DNA of 64,000 nucleotides, from NCBI GenBank assembly GCA_951406725.2, contig OX597814.1, forward strand, positions 188,480,001-188,544,000, given 5' to 3'. Origin of the DNA: Octopus vulgaris (taxonomy: Eukaryota). The notes under the pieces were generated by a model. That model was given only the letters and a program-made list of their open reading frames with translations. It did not search any database and was not told the DNA's origin. Below are positions 41,256 to 54,879 of this stretch, piece after piece (position 1 is the stretch's first letter; every line of letters begins with the position of its first letter). Position numbers and translations under genes: made by a program.

Positions 41256-41323
41256 CGACGGACTGAACCCGGGACCATACGGTTGGTAAGCAGGCTACTT
41301 ACCACACAGCCACTCCTGCTCCT
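40758..41323 (-). mobile_element. SINE family A with nested hammerhead element
   Basis: Family A halves flank 41026-41228. Confidence 0.8.
41026..41228 (+). mobile_element. About 200-bp hammerhead element, copy 2 (motif 41099-41133)
   Basis: GUUU-CAGACGA-AGAGCUCCGCUC-GAAA-CG-UC-AUAC; (TA)n on both sides. Confidence 0.75.
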
Positions 41324-41837
41324 ATGGTTAAGAAAAAAATTTTTAAACGGCTATATAATAAGTCGGATAACTTCTGATCATAGGAGCGAGCCTGGTTTCT
41401 CTCGGTAGTTGCTGTTGCGAAAGAGGTAGTATGGAAGACAAGAGTGAAAGGAACTGCAACAGGCATGTTCATCTCCAGTCTCGAGCTAATCGACTTTTTC
41501 GTTTTCCACATGAAACGGAAAATAAGGTTGGAGAAGAAATGCCTGTCGCAAAGTGTGTTTCGTAACAGATGGAAGTCTATATATAGCAAGTATGTTGCGA
41601 GTGAAAGAACCTCTTTAAACGAGAATATAAAAAGGAGAAAGCAAAGTCTTCAGTGTGAGTATGTGGTTTGTGGGGTCGACCGCGTCCTCCGCTTCATTTT
41701 TTTGTAGATCACACATTCTCATTTAATTGTATATATTCTAATTGTTTGTTTATTCATACGTTTCGTCTCATTCGAAACCCTGACCCCAATGTTTGTTTTG
41801 TCTGTCCTCGTATCGTCCCCTCTTTTTCTCAACCTCA

Positions 41838-42235
41838 TCTTTATATATAAAAGTAAGGTTGTGTGTCTGTCTCCTACGATTTAGATTCCTAACTACTCCC
41901 ACATTTTGCGGTGCAGTTTAACCAAAACCTGGTATCTTATAGTCGTGATTCATATCGAGCCCTTCTGGGTATTAGCGCGCGTCTACGATGAGTCTACGAT
42001 TTAAAAAAAAATTTACCATCATTTTTTTCCATTTTAATGCATTTTTTTCGCTATTATATAAGGGAAGTAACTCTCTAAAAATGTCTACGATGAGTCAATG
42101 ATTTAAAAAAAAAATTACCATCATTTTTTTTCCATTTTTAATGCATTTTTTGCTATTTTTTTGCTATAACTCTCTAAAAATGCTTATATAGTTATTTCCC
42201 TTACAAACCCGAGCAACGCCGGGCGATACTGCTAG
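41838..42235 (+). mobile_element. Non-autonomous Helitron-type element, copy 3
   Basis: A|TC...hairpin-CTAG|T. Confidence 0.8.
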
Positions 42236-43564
42236 TGGTTAATAAAGAAATTGACTTAGAAATCAACACCAACGACACCAATTGCAGCAGCAGCAGCACG
42301 GCCACTAAATATTATAAAGGACAAAGAAGTGAGTGTATAGTCTTCATCTCTTCCTGAAACACATAAACAACCCAAATCGAGGGACCTTGGTGCATCGTCA
42401 GTCATGTTTCTGCTCACTGGTAATAATGTAAAGAGATTTTGTTGCAACTGTGTTTTAAATATAAATTTTAAAAGTTGACTGTATTATTTAAATTTGTTCT
42501 TGATTTCCATATTTGTTGGTTATTTTGTCTTATGTTTATAAAATAACATTTCCTTGTTGCATAATTGTAACTATGTACATGCATTAGTAATGTTTTATTT
42601 GTATTTTGAGTTAATCACTATCGGGTAGTTTTCGTGTTTGTTGTAATTGGTACATGTTTCGTGTTTGTTGTAATTGGTACATGTTTTGTGTTGTGCTTGT
42701 TTTAAATAATATGGCGCCACCTTGACATTTGCTCCCCCTTTGTAAATTCGCAACATCCTGAAGAGGGCGCCATCGTCCAGGTTAAGAACCACTGACAAAA
42801 TCAAAGAGCAAAGTTTAAAACAAGGAATGGAAAAGAGCATAAAGCCTCAGCTCACGTGATACTTTTATCTATTTTTTTCTCATAGTTCTGATGTTGAAAA
42901 TCGGTTCCTGTGAATCTGGCTCAATGAAGTACAGTAAAAGAGCTCAAAATTTACTTTAAAATGAAAATAGAATAGACAGGTTTTTAATGAAGACCAAGAC
43001 CAACTTTTTAACCGCACAAAATAAACAGTAATACAATCTGAAATGTGTACAATCACAGATTAAAAAAAAAACGATCTAACTAGAGGAGAACAAGAGCAAT
43101 GCATGTATTTATCTATATAAGTAGATAAATAAATGAATAATGTTAGAGTTCTGAGCACGAAAGAGAATTCTTCAGCTATGGCAGGTATCATCATCTTGAT
43201 TTGAATTCTCTGTAACTAATTTTTGTTGGCACAGACCAACACAAGTTTCTTCAAATTCTTGAATTTGCCTTTGATTAGGTAGATGTTTTTCAGCAAGTAC
43301 TTAGATTGTTTACAAGTGTATCATCTGTTGTTTTTAGAAATAAGCATGAATTGCTGATAAGAGCTGTACAACACAAAATGTTTCTGGATTGAGTTTAAAA
43401 CATATTCATTACATACGTAATCTTTTACTCTCTCGTCCACACATCTACACACACATACACGCGCGTACGCACAAGCGCGTACACTCTATTTTTCACTCAT
43501 GCCTATGTAATTGATACATATATCTATTAATTAGACTGTAGATAAAATTATGTTCATGTATGTA

Positions 43565-43985
43565 TACTCTTTACTCTTTTTACTCTTTTACTTGTTTCAG
43601 TCAGTTGACTGCGGCCATGCTGGAGCACCGCCTTTAGTCGAGCAAATCGACCCCGGGACTTATTCTTTGTAAGCCCAGTACTTATTCAATCGGTCTCTTT
43701 TGCCAACCGCTAAGTTACGGGGACGTAAACACACCAGCATCGGTTGTCAAGCAATGCTAGGGGGACAAACACACACAAACACACACACATACACACACAT
43801 ATATATATATATACATATATACGACAGGCTTCTTTCAGTTTCCGTCTACCAAATCCACTCACAAGGCATTGGTCGGCCCGGGGCTATAGCAGAAGACACT
43901 TGCCCGAGATGCCACGCAGTGGGACTGAACCCGGAACCATGTGGTTGGTAAGCAAGCTACTTACCACACAGCCACTCCTGCCCCT
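43565..43985 (-). mobile_element. SINE family A
   Basis: Full length, flanked by atgtatgta repeats. Confidence 0.9.
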
Positions 43986-44269
43986 ATGTATGTAATTATT
44001 CAGTTTTATTTCAAGACTTTTTGCCAAGAGAGAAAGAGCCGGTTTCTAACCCAGATCCCTCGATCCCTCACGAGTGAGGGGTATCCCTCGGTGCAGAGTA
44101 TCTCGTCAGGTGATTTTTCTAAGGGCAGCTCGTTAAATAAACCCTGTTTCGCTCGGTTCTAATACAACATGTTGTTAGTGACTGTAGGTTTTAGCCCTTG
44201 GCCCAGAATGGTGAGGGACAGATTCCGTTGCAATGTTATATACAGTTACTAGATCTACATGTATTTAAT

Positions 44270-44365
<96 letters not shown>

Positions 44366-44413
44366 TATACAATTACTCACATGTATGTATATATATGTCT
44401 GTGTCTTTCAACA

Positions 44414-44616
44414 TGTGATCTCTTGAGCACCACCAGCAAAAATATTTTTTTCCTCTGTCTTCCCTTCTTTGGATCTTTCCTTCTCCTTGTTTCCGACGAA
44501 GAGCTCCGCTCGAAACGTTAAACCCTCCTTCCCTTCTTTCCTGAGCGTCCAATAATACTTTAATTGTTCCACGTCCTCGCGTTGCTGTGTTTTTTTCTGT
44601 GTTTTCATGTTTGGAT

Positions 44617-44621
<5 letters not shown>
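44414..44621 (+). mobile_element. About 200-bp hammerhead element, copy 3 (motif 44489-44523)
   Basis: GUUU-CCGACGA-AGAGCUCCGCUC-GAAA-CG-UU-AAAC; followed by (TA)n. Confidence 0.75.
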
Positions 44622-44660
<39 letters not shown>

Positions 44661-44812
44661 GAAATGAGGTACTCAGAAGATCGGATGGTTTATATTTACA
44701 GATATTTATTTGTATATTACATTTTTTATATATATATCATATCACTTAGATCATTAACGCTTTCTCCCATACTAGTGGGGTTTTCAAATCAAACTAAGTT
44801 TGATTATATATA

Positions 44813-44873
<61 letters not shown>

Positions 44874-44970
44874 CGCAGTAAGCACATAAATGCGAAACAA
44901 GGTGGAAAAATAATACTCGAATACCAGGGAAAGAGTAATATGCTTTATTGAAAAGCAACCAAAATATCAC

Positions 44971-45018
44971 AAAAACTGTCCGATGAACGGGAACGTGAAA
45001 CTCTGAGAAACAGTTTTT
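44971..45018 (+). ncRNA. Degenerate hammerhead motif within a 100-bp hairpin (44944-45045)
   Basis: AAAAACUGU-CCGAUGA-ACG GGAA CGU-GAAA-CUCUGAG-AA-ACAGUUUUU; U16.1 lost; homolog of 2576-2617. Confidence 0.6.
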
Positions 45019-46374
45019 GTGATTTTTTTGCTGCTTTTCAATAAATTATATATATATATGTATATATATATATGTGTGTGTGTAGGTCTACAAATACATG
45101 CATATGTATGTATGTATGTATATATTTATATTTATATATATATATGTAGATAAGTTTCTTTATTGGCCACACAGGGCTGCACACAGATGGGACAAGTTAC
45201 AAGGTAGAGCTTTTCTTTTGGGGGAGAAAAAAAAAAGGTGGCGTAGGTTTTCGATCAAAAGGGATCGTAAACGGGAAAAAAGAACAAAAAAAAAGAAAAA
45301 AAGAAAAAAAAGGAAAAGAAAAAAAGAAAAAAGGAAAAGAAAAAGAAAGAAAGATAGATAGATAGATACAAATGTATGTATATGCTCATATATGCATACA
45401 CATACGCATGCACGCACGCACACACTCACACACACAGACATACAAACACACGTCCACATACTCACATACATGTATTTAAAAATCGATCCAACCTCTTTTG
45501 ATAAAAAAAATAATCTGGAATTTACTTAATAACAAAGTCAACATTTGAGTTTATTGTCATTACACTGTCCGCTGTTGTGTTCTCTTTCCTATATTGATAA
45601 TTATTTTATTCTTAAAGTAGCACATAATTCTATTATTTATACTAAAACATATTACAGTCCTGCAGCAAGCATTTGTCGAGATCTTACTGCTTTTGAGACG
45701 CATGCATTGAGCCAACGGCCGACAGCAATACGTGGGCACCCATTAAACTTATATTATTACTCACGGTTTCAAGTTATGGAAGATTATTTTGTTTTAATAA
45801 ATACTGTTAATTTCTTTCTTTTCTTTTTCGTTTTCTTTTGCTTTAAGATGTTCTCTTCTCAATGTTTCCTATATTTACATATCACACTACTTTCACATTC
45901 TTTCTTTGTAAATAGATCAGCTGAGATAAATGTCTCTAAGGCACTTATGGAGTCTTGTTACAGCCTATATATATTTCGGATGTGCACTTGACAGGCAAGT
46001 GATTTGATCTGAGACTGTATGTTGAAACTAAAACGCTTGCAGTGTGGAAGACATATCCCACATTCAAAAACACACAAAAACTGTTAACTTTACTTAAAGT
46101 TTATTCTTAGATATCAACATTTTCATCCCACGAAAAGCAACCTGGTTACTGGCATGGCGAGGCTACAGTTCCTGCCTTGAAAGTTTTGACATCCGACAAT
46201 AAACTTTATGTAAAGTTAACTGGTCTTTGAATATTTTTTAATGGCTAGGATTTATCTGCCACGCTGATGGCGTATATACAGCTTAAAAACAAAGAAAAGC
46301 CGTTGGAGAACCGATTATAGCAGCGACTCCATCAATTCCTAGGGATATCTGAAGAAGGAATTTTATTCCCAAAT

Positions 46375-46770
46375 CCTTTCTACTATAGGCACAAGGCCTG
46401 AAATTTGGGGGCGAAGGATAGTCGATTACATCGACCCCAGTGTTTCACCGGTACTTAATTTATCGACCCCGAAAGGAAGAAAGGCAAAGTTGACCTCGGC
46501 GGAAGTTGAACTCAGAACATAGTGGCAGACGAAATACCTATTTCTTTACTACCCACAAGGGGCTAAACACAGAGAGGACAAACAAGGACAGACAAACGGA
46601 TTAAGTCGATTACATCGACCCCAGTGCGTAACTGGTACTTAATTTATCGACCCCGAAAGGATGAAAGGCAAAGTCGACCTCGACAGAATTTGAACTCATA
46701 ACGTAACGGCAGACGAAATACCGCTAAGCATTTCGCCCGGCGTGCTAACGACTCTGCCAGCTCACCACCT
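46375..46770 (-). mobile_element. SINE family B dimer with TSD aattttattcc
   Basis: Two units, same junction; TSD both flanks. Confidence 0.85.
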
Positions 46771-47022
46771 TAATTTTATTCCGAAAATCATATCGGACTA
46801 TGGATGATTAAATTACAACAGTAATTATAGTCCATTGTTTGTATTATAGGGCATTGTTGTGTCATTTAAAATATTTTATTCTTTACCAAAACAAAACTGT
46901 ATTAAGTATACAAGTGATTAGAACTAGAGAAAAATCATTGACCACTTGAAAACCGAATAAATCACTTGTCGATTTATTAGATAACTGTAACTTTGTGATC
47001 CGATACAATAAGTACCGTATAT

Positions 47023-47396
47023 GGAAGCGCTCCGTCGATTACGACGATGAGGGTTCCGGTTGATCCGAATCAACGGAACAGCCTGCTCGTGAAATTAACG
47101 TGTAAGTGGCTGAGCACTCCACAGACACGTGTACCCATAACGTAGTTCTCGGGGATATTCAGCGTGACACAGGCCGGCCCTTTGAAATACAGGCACAACA
47201 GAAACAGGAAGTAAGAGTGAGAGAAAGTTTTGGTGAAAGAGTACAGCAGGGATCACCACCATCCCCTGCCGGAGCCTCGTGGAGTTTTAGGTGTTTTCGC
47301 TCAATAAACACTCACAACGCCCGGTCTGGGAATCGAAACCGCGATCCTACGACCGCGAGTCCGCTGCCCTAACCACTGGGCCATTGCGCCTCCACC
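47023..47396 (-). mobile_element. tRNA-SINE (D-type head, different 3' module) with 20-bp TSD atacaataagtaccgtatat
   Basis: TSD on both flanks; head ggaggcgcaatggcccagtggttagggcagcggactcgcggtc on minus strand. Confidence 0.9.
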
Positions 47397-47713
47397 ATAC
47401 AATAAGTACCGTATATATGAAAGAGAAGTACTAGGATCTTCTTGTTCGAGTAAAAGCTTTGAGGTGGTGGCCCAGCATACGACAGTCAAATATTTGAAGA
47501 GAATAAAATAAGGGTTTACTTGTACAACCAGATCCCAGCACACATTCTTTTTAGATTTGATTGTTTTATTCAATCAGACTGTTTTCCGATCTGCTAGGTT
47601 ACGGGAACATGAACAAACCAACAGCTGTTGTGGAGTGGTGTGGCGACAGACATAAAAACACATACACATACAGATAAACACATGTGCGTGTGTGTATACA
47701 CATACATACTTCT

Positions 47714-47781
<68 letters not shown>

Positions 47782-47791
47782 ATTATTATTA

Positions 47792-47845
<54 letters not shown>

Positions 47846-47929
47846 GGGAAGATTGATTCCGAGTCCACAGGAATGAAACGTTCAGATTAAAGGTACTAAA
47901 GTGAACTTTTCTCAATATTTTATTCATAT

Positions 47930-48147
47930 ATATAAAAGAAGTTTTAGAGACAGACCCATCCTCAACTCAATCAACATTGAAAGACATTATACCCGACCGA
48001 GCCATCAAATATTAAATATTATACTTACGATATTCCGAATAGATATAGTAAGTGTCATATTTAATATTTGATCGCTTGGTCGGATATCATACCTTTCAAT
48101 GTTGATTGAGTTGAGGGTGGTTCTGTCTCTAAAACTACTTTTATATA
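47930..48147. repeat. About 220-bp imperfect hairpin next to (TA)n
   Basis: gttttagagacaga..ctcaactcaatcaacattgaaag mirrored by ctttcaatgttgattgagttgag..tctgtctctaaaac. Confidence 0.85.
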
Positions 48148-48151
48148 CTTT

Positions 48152-48234
<83 letters not shown>

Positions 48235-48539
48235 GCATGTAAATATAAACTGCTCTTCAAATCTATAAAGCTAGAGAACAGAGCACTGTCTGTTTTTCTG
48301 GTGAACTATACTGCCTAAATTCATGAAACCCACCTCTATATAGGAAATGGAATAGAAGGCATTGCAATATTTAAGTTTATTGGAATCCAAAAGTAAATTA
48401 GATAGTAATTCAAGAAACATACAGAGCCAGAATCCCTCTGTTCAAGACTATAACACCAGGTTGAATAATGTTGCAAAAATGATGCAAAACATGGAAATTA
48501 TGATAGATTTCAATGATTTTCTCATGCAATACAACGACA

Positions 48540-49255
48540 ATAGCATGTTTAACCACCGCCTTTCTGAGTCACTTCAAAGACATGCAATTTCATGATCCCA
48601 ATCAACTTCTGCAGTAGATCAAATGGAAGCTCCTCCCCAGGCCTTCTTTAGTGCCATTTCAAATTCATCAACAGATGAATACTACTTGTCTTCGTTGTAA
48701 ACAACATTTGTGAGATATCCCCAGACGTTCTCTATGGGATTAAGGTCGGGGCTTCTTGCTGGCTATGGCATGACTTCAACCCCAGCTGCAAAGCGGAAAT
48801 TCAAAGTTGCCTTTACTTTATGAATAGGAGCATTGTCCTGTTGAAATATGTCGGGGCCGTCTAAGGACCATTTCTTCTTATCAGAGAACAGAACCCTGAT
48901 GTTTCCGAGTAAGCTCCAATCTAACAGCTTTGTGGGAAGGGGACAATAATGGATGTCCTAGCCGCTTCTTCAGGTGGAGACCACAGTTCAAAATCACTCC
49001 TCTTACAATGGATGTCGAAGCTCCTACTCCTGCTGATGCCTTGATTTTGGAAACAGAAGAACAGCGTGACTTTTTCACAGCTCTGACAATGACCCTTTCA
49101 TCCCTTTCTGATATAGCCTTGGGACGTCCACCAGCATAAACCCTATTGTGGCCATCAGGATCTTTCAGAAAATTGTCCACTGATGATCTGCTTCGCCGAA
49201 TCTTTTCGGCAATCTTACCTTGTTCAATTTCGGAAAACTTTGGAGCTTCAGACAT
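48540..49255 (-). pseudogene. Tc1/Tc3-like transposase, internally deleted
   Basis: HTH-region GRPKAISERDER, then SDKKKWSLDGPD fused directly to IFQQDNAPIH...PARSPDLNPIENVWG; stops present. Confidence 0.9.
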
Positions 49256-50340
49256 ACTGGGAATGTAATCTGGATCATGGAGAATACGACTGAGTCGAAC
49301 ATTTTCCGAAACAATCTGGAAAGAAATGAAAATGTATTAATGGCTTTATAGTCTTGAAGTGCTTATATGCAAGGAAAAATTGGAAAACCAGGTGTTGTAA
49401 TGTAATAATAAAGGTACAAGGTTTACATTTCAAATTAATCACAAAATATTCATTTACAATAATCCACTTATATTTCAAAATAACTTGTGACTTTATAGTT
49501 TTCAATAGTAATTTATATCTACGCATGTGCGTGCATGTGTGTATGCATGCGTGTGCGTATGTATGTATGAGAGTATATAGGCTTTCTACCTTTAGAAAAA
49601 AGCATGCATATCAAATAGCGTTATTTCTCCTAAGTACAGGATTCCCTTTTTTTATCAATAATAATAGTTTCATTCTTGGCGCCATATTCGTCTGCCCAAT
49701 GCTAATACATTGCTGCTAATTATTTTATCAACCCTAGTGAATTAAATACTTAGGTAAGCGTAAAAAAAACTTGAAAGAAATTATCCATAAGATTATAATT
49801 TTCCGGATTGTTAACCCTATCTTGAGAATGCTTATTAAAAAAAAATATCTACTATCCTTTTCGATCGACATCAGGTGTTCTAATCCTTGTTCTGTATATA
49901 GTCCGCGTTAAAATTCGAACTGTGTTATGAACAAGCGTTCTATGCATTTCCGCCATTCTTCTAATTTTCCACTGTTTTTATTTTTCTGTTTCTCACTTAT
50001 AGAAAGTATATTCTGTAGAAGTATAGGATTTCCTTTTGTACTATATGTTTAGACATTCCGAATTTGTGAAGGCATGTCGCGTAGTAGTCTAGGTGTTGAA
50101 CTTATGATCGGTATCACGTAGGGTCCAGTCTACGACCGAGTGGCACATTGTATCTTTGAGCAAAACACATTATTTCATGCAGCTTAAGTCAGCTCAGCTG
50201 AGAATAAGTACCAGGTGGCCCATTTAGTGCAAGGGTGTCTTGTACTCCCAGTCGCTGAAACGTCATGGAAATTGGTGTAAGATCTCCCACCCCATTTTCT
50301 CCCTTATACGACCTTATACTTATCCAAACAATGTTATAGA

Positions 50341-50733
50341 TAGGTGGTTCTCAGCCGGAGTCCATATGGCCCCTGAGGGTCCATACAAGCTTCTTTGAGA
50401 TCCACGTAACAAAATCGTATGCTAAGGGACCCCTGTAAAAATTTTGGCCTTAGATGTATATATTGGTATGCAAGAAACAGCTTAAAGTTTTACATAATTT
50501 AACCGACACAAGTTACTCTTACTCTTTTTACTCTTTTACTTGTTTCAATCATTTGACTGCGGCCATGCTGGAGCACCGCCTTTAGTCGAGCAAATCGACC
50601 CCGGGACTAATTCTTTGTAAGCCCAGTACTTATTCTATCGGTCTCTTTTGCCGAACCGCTAAGTGACGGGGACGTAAACACACACCAGCATCGGTTGTCA
50701 AGCAATGCTAGGGGGACAAACACAGACACACAA

Positions 50734-50768
<35 letters not shown>

Positions 50769-51025
50769 CATATATACGACAGGCTTCTTTCAGTTTCCGC
50801 CTACCAAATCCACTCACAAGGCATTGGTCGGCCCGGGGCTATAGCAGAAGACACCTGCCCGAGATGCCACGCAGTGGGACTGAACCCGGAACCATGTGGT
50901 TGGTTAGCAAGCTACTTACCACACAGCCACTCCTGCGCCTATTAATGAATAAAAAACAAAATAACTTTGAAAGATGGCTATGGGGGTCCACCAGAATAAA
51001 ATGGTAATCAAAGGGGTCCATATAT
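50341..51025. mobile_element. hAT-MITE-like remnant split by SINE A (50514-50941, minus)
   Basis: gtggttctcagcc terminus and ggggtcca subterminal repeats on both sides of the SINE. Confidence 0.5.
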
Positions 51026-51129
51026 AGTTTTTTTTTAATATTTTAGTCCCTCTTGGATAGCGTTAATGTTGGTCAGAAGAATCTTTGACGTATGATGTTA
51101 CTTTGTGGCGGTGGAATTTCAACTCAGAA

Positions 51130-51280
51130 ATGCAAATACTTTATTTATTGACCCTGAAAGAATGAAAGGCAAAGTCAGACTCGACGGAATTTGAAATCAG
51201 ACCGTATTGACGAACGAAACGCCGCTAAGCATTTTGCCCGGCGTGCTAACGATTCTACCAGCTCGCCGTCGTTTTTAATC

Positions 51281-51312
<32 letters not shown>

Positions 51313-52367
51313 TTCTGCTAAAGGCTCAATGCCTGAAATTTAGGGAGGGAGCACTTAGTCGATTACGTCGACCCCCAGTGTTACTGGTACTTAATTTATC
51401 GATCCTGAAATGATGAAAAGCAAAGTCTATCCCGGTGGAATTTGAACTCGGAACGTAGCTAAGCATTTCGTTCAGTGTGCTAACGACTCTGCCAGCTTGT
51501 TGCCTTAAATAACAACGATTTCAATTTTTGGTAGAAGGCCAGGAATTCTGGGGGGAGGAGTAAGTCGGTTACATCAACCCTAGTGCTTAACTGGTACTTA
51601 TTTTATCGACCCTGAAAAAATGAAAGGCAAAGTCGACCTCGCCGGAATCAGAACCCAGAACGTAAGGACAAACGAAATGCAGCTAAGCATTTTTCCCGGT
51701 GTGCTAATGATTCTTATTTCTTTATTGCCCACAAGGGGCTAAACATAGAGGGGACAAACAAGGACAGACAAAGGTATTAAGTCGATTATATCGACTCTAG
51801 TGCGTAACCGGTACTTATTTAACCGACCCCGAAAGGATGAAAGGCAAAGTCGACCTCGGCGGAATTTGAACTCAGAACGTAGCGGCAGACGAAATACCGA
51901 TTTCTTTACTACCCACAAGGGGCTAAATACAGAGAGGACAAACAAGGACAGACAAACGGATTAAGTTGATTATATCGACTCCAGTGCGTAACTGGTACTT
52001 AATTAATCGACCCCGAAAGGATGAAAGGCAAAGTCGACCTCGGCGGAATTTGAACTCAGAACGTAGCGGCAGACGAAATACCTATTTCTTTATTACCCAT
52101 AAGGGGCTAAACACAGAGAGGACAAACAAGGACAGACATACGGATTAAGTCGATTATATCGACTCCAGTGTGTAACTGGTACTTATTTAATCGACCCAGA
52201 AAAGATGAAATGCAAAGTTGACCTCGCCGGAATTTGAACTCACAACGTTGTGACAGATGAAATGTCGCTAAGCATTTCGCCCGGTGTGCTAACGCTTCTG
52301 CTAGCTCGAACGAAGTACCGCTAAGCATTTTTCCCGGTGTACTAACGTTTCTGCCAGCTTGCCGCCT
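51130..52367 (-). mobile_element. SINE family B cluster/multimer (about 6 units)
   Basis: Repeated gaaaggcaaagtcgacctcgg units. Confidence 0.85.
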
Positions 52368-52669
52368 TAATAATTTGTGAGAGACTGTGCCATCATTGAG
52401 ATTTGTTATTTAAAGATTGGTATACAAGTTTATTAGTTAGAAACTATGCACAGTTACATTAGATGTACTGCACTAAGTTCTAATTGCATGTGGGATTACA
52501 CACTCACAGGAGATAGTGGAATAAATAGAAAGTAGATAGAAAACAGGGAAAGCAAGAATCAAACAAACGTAATCTAAATAGCAATAAATAAGAATGGTAG
52601 ACTATTTATTGAAGTGGAAACGGAACTCTGTTATGTGAAAGAGCTGAAAAACAAGGAAATAGTTTGGAG

Positions 52670-54524
52670 AAAGAGATAAGAGAGAGAGAGAGACAGAGAG
52701 ACAGAGAGACAGAGAGACAGACAGACAGACAGAGAGACAGAGAGACAGACAGACAAAGAGAGACAGACAGACAAAGAGAGACAGAGAGACAGAGAAGGGG
52801 AGATAGGAGAGGGTACAGGGAGATATATGGTGTGAAATAGAGAGGGATAATAGAAAGAGAGGTGGAGAGGAAAGACAAGGACAGTGTGAGAGAGGGGAAA
52901 GGGAGAGGGGGGAGAAAGAGGGGAGAGAGAGAGACAGACAGAGAGAGACAGACAGACAGACAGACAAAGAGAGACAGAGAGACAGAGAAGGGGAGATAGG
53001 AGAGGGTACAGGGAGATATATGGTGTAAAATAGAGAGGGATAATTGAAAGAGAGGTGGAGAGGAAAGACAAGGACAGTGTGAGAGAGGGGAAAGGGAGAG
53101 GGGGAGAAAGAGAGGAGAGAGAGACAGAGAGAGAGAGACAGACAGACAGACAGAGAGACAGACAGACAAAGAGAGACAGAGAGACAGAGAAGGGGAGATA
53201 GGAGAGGGTACAGGGAGATATATGGTGTGAAATAGAGAGGGATAATAGAAAGAGAGGTGGAGAGGAAAGACAAGGACAGTGTGAGAGAGGGAGGAGAGAG
53301 GGGGAGAGGTGAGAGAGAGGGGGGAGGGAGAGGGAGAGAAAGAGGGGAGAGAGAGGAGGAAAGGGGAAAGGGAGATAGAACGAGCGCGTAGAGGGAGATA
53401 TATGTGGGGTGAAATAGAGGGGAGAAATAGAAAGAGAGATGGTGAGAGGAGAGAGAAAGACAGCATGAGAATGAGAGAGAGGAGAGAGAGGTGGAGAAAG
53501 GAGAAATGGAGATAGAACGAGAGGGCAGATAGAGATATATGTGGGGTGAAATAGAGGGGAGAAATAGAATGAGAGGTGGAGAGAGGAGAAAGAAAGACAG
53601 CGTGAGAAAGAGAGAGGGGGGAAGGGAGAATGGAGATAGAACGAGAGGGTAGAGGGAGATATATGGCGTGAAACAGAGGCGGGAATAAAAAGAGAGAGAG
53701 GTGGAGAGAGGAAACAGAAAGAGGGAGGGGGAGAAATAACATATGAGAGAGAGTGGAGGGGTAAGGGAGTGTTTGTGTGAGAGAGAGAGAGGGGGAGAGG
53801 GAGAAAGAAAGAGAGAGAAAGATAGAGGAAGGGGAAAGGAGGATAAAATGAGAGGGTAGTACGAGATATATGGTGTGAAATTGAGGATAAATAGAAAGAG
53901 AGAGAGGTAGAGAGATGAAAAGAGAAATAAAGCGAGAGAGAAAGAGAGAGAAAGGGAGAAATAATATCTGAGAGGGAGTGGGAGGGTGAGGGAGGAATCC
54001 CATGCGTGAGAGAGACAGGGGGAAAGGAGAGAGAAAGAAAGAGGGAATGGGGCAGTGAAAAATGGCGTGTGTGAGAGAGTGAGGAGAGAGGAAGTGAGGG
54101 AGAAGGAGACATAGTATGTGAGAGAATGGGGAAGAGGGAGAGGGAAGGAGAAATCCCATGCGTGAGAGAGACAGAGGAAAGGAGAGAGACAGAGGAAAGG
54201 AGAGAGAAAGAAAGAGGGAATGGGGAAGAGGGAGAGGGAAGGTGAAATCCCATGCGTGAGAGAGACAGAGGAAAAGGAGAGAGAAAGAAAGAGGGAATGG
54301 GGCAGTGAAAAATAGCGTGTGTGAGAGAGTGAGGAGAGAGGAAGTGAGGGAGAAGGAGACATAGTATGTGAGAGAATGGAGAAGAGGGAGAGGGAAAGGA
54401 ATAACGAGAGAGAGTGGGAAGAGAAAAAAAAAGCGACAGAGAGGGGAGGAATAAATAGCATGAGAGACGGCGAGAGAGGGTGAGAGGTAGAAATGGCATG
54501 AGAAAGACAGTGTGTGTATGAGTG

Positions 54525-54565
<41 letters not shown>
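52670..54565. repeat. GA-rich, strand-asymmetric minisatellite array
   Basis: About 190-bp unit (gggagatatatggtgtgaaatagagaggg...) three times, decaying copies, then a second unit type (aatcccatgcgtgagagagacag); source of the long S/L/F ORFs. Confidence 0.9.
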
Positions 54566-54566
<1 letters not shown>

Positions 54567-54879
54567 CGCATAGTAAAAAGTAAATAAATAACTATTCTCA
54601 CAAACAAATAATTCAGTATTTTCTTTAGATGTGTAATAAACATTTCTTTTGAAAACCTTACAGTTTGATGGCTTGGCTGTGGATGTGTGCGTGCGCGCGT
54701 GCGTACGTGTGTGTGTGCGTGCGCGTGTGATTGCGTGCGTGCGTGCGTGTGTTTGTTTACTCTGCAGATTTTTCTTGCTTCATAGTTTCTTTTATATTTT
54801 TTTGTTTTTTTGTTTTTTTGCTTCTTCTTATAAACCGAAACCGAGGTTGCAATGTCTTCTGTGTTCGTATCATGATCAT

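Noticed and set aside
42250-43385. Possible host exons on minus strand
   Set aside because: Short frames with stops, no recognisable domain or consistent splice pair; small exons cannot be excluded without RNA-seq.
44030-44115. Minus-strand CUGACGA...GAAACCGG
   Set aside because: No U at 16.1 and no stem I closure; spans what look like two different repeats.
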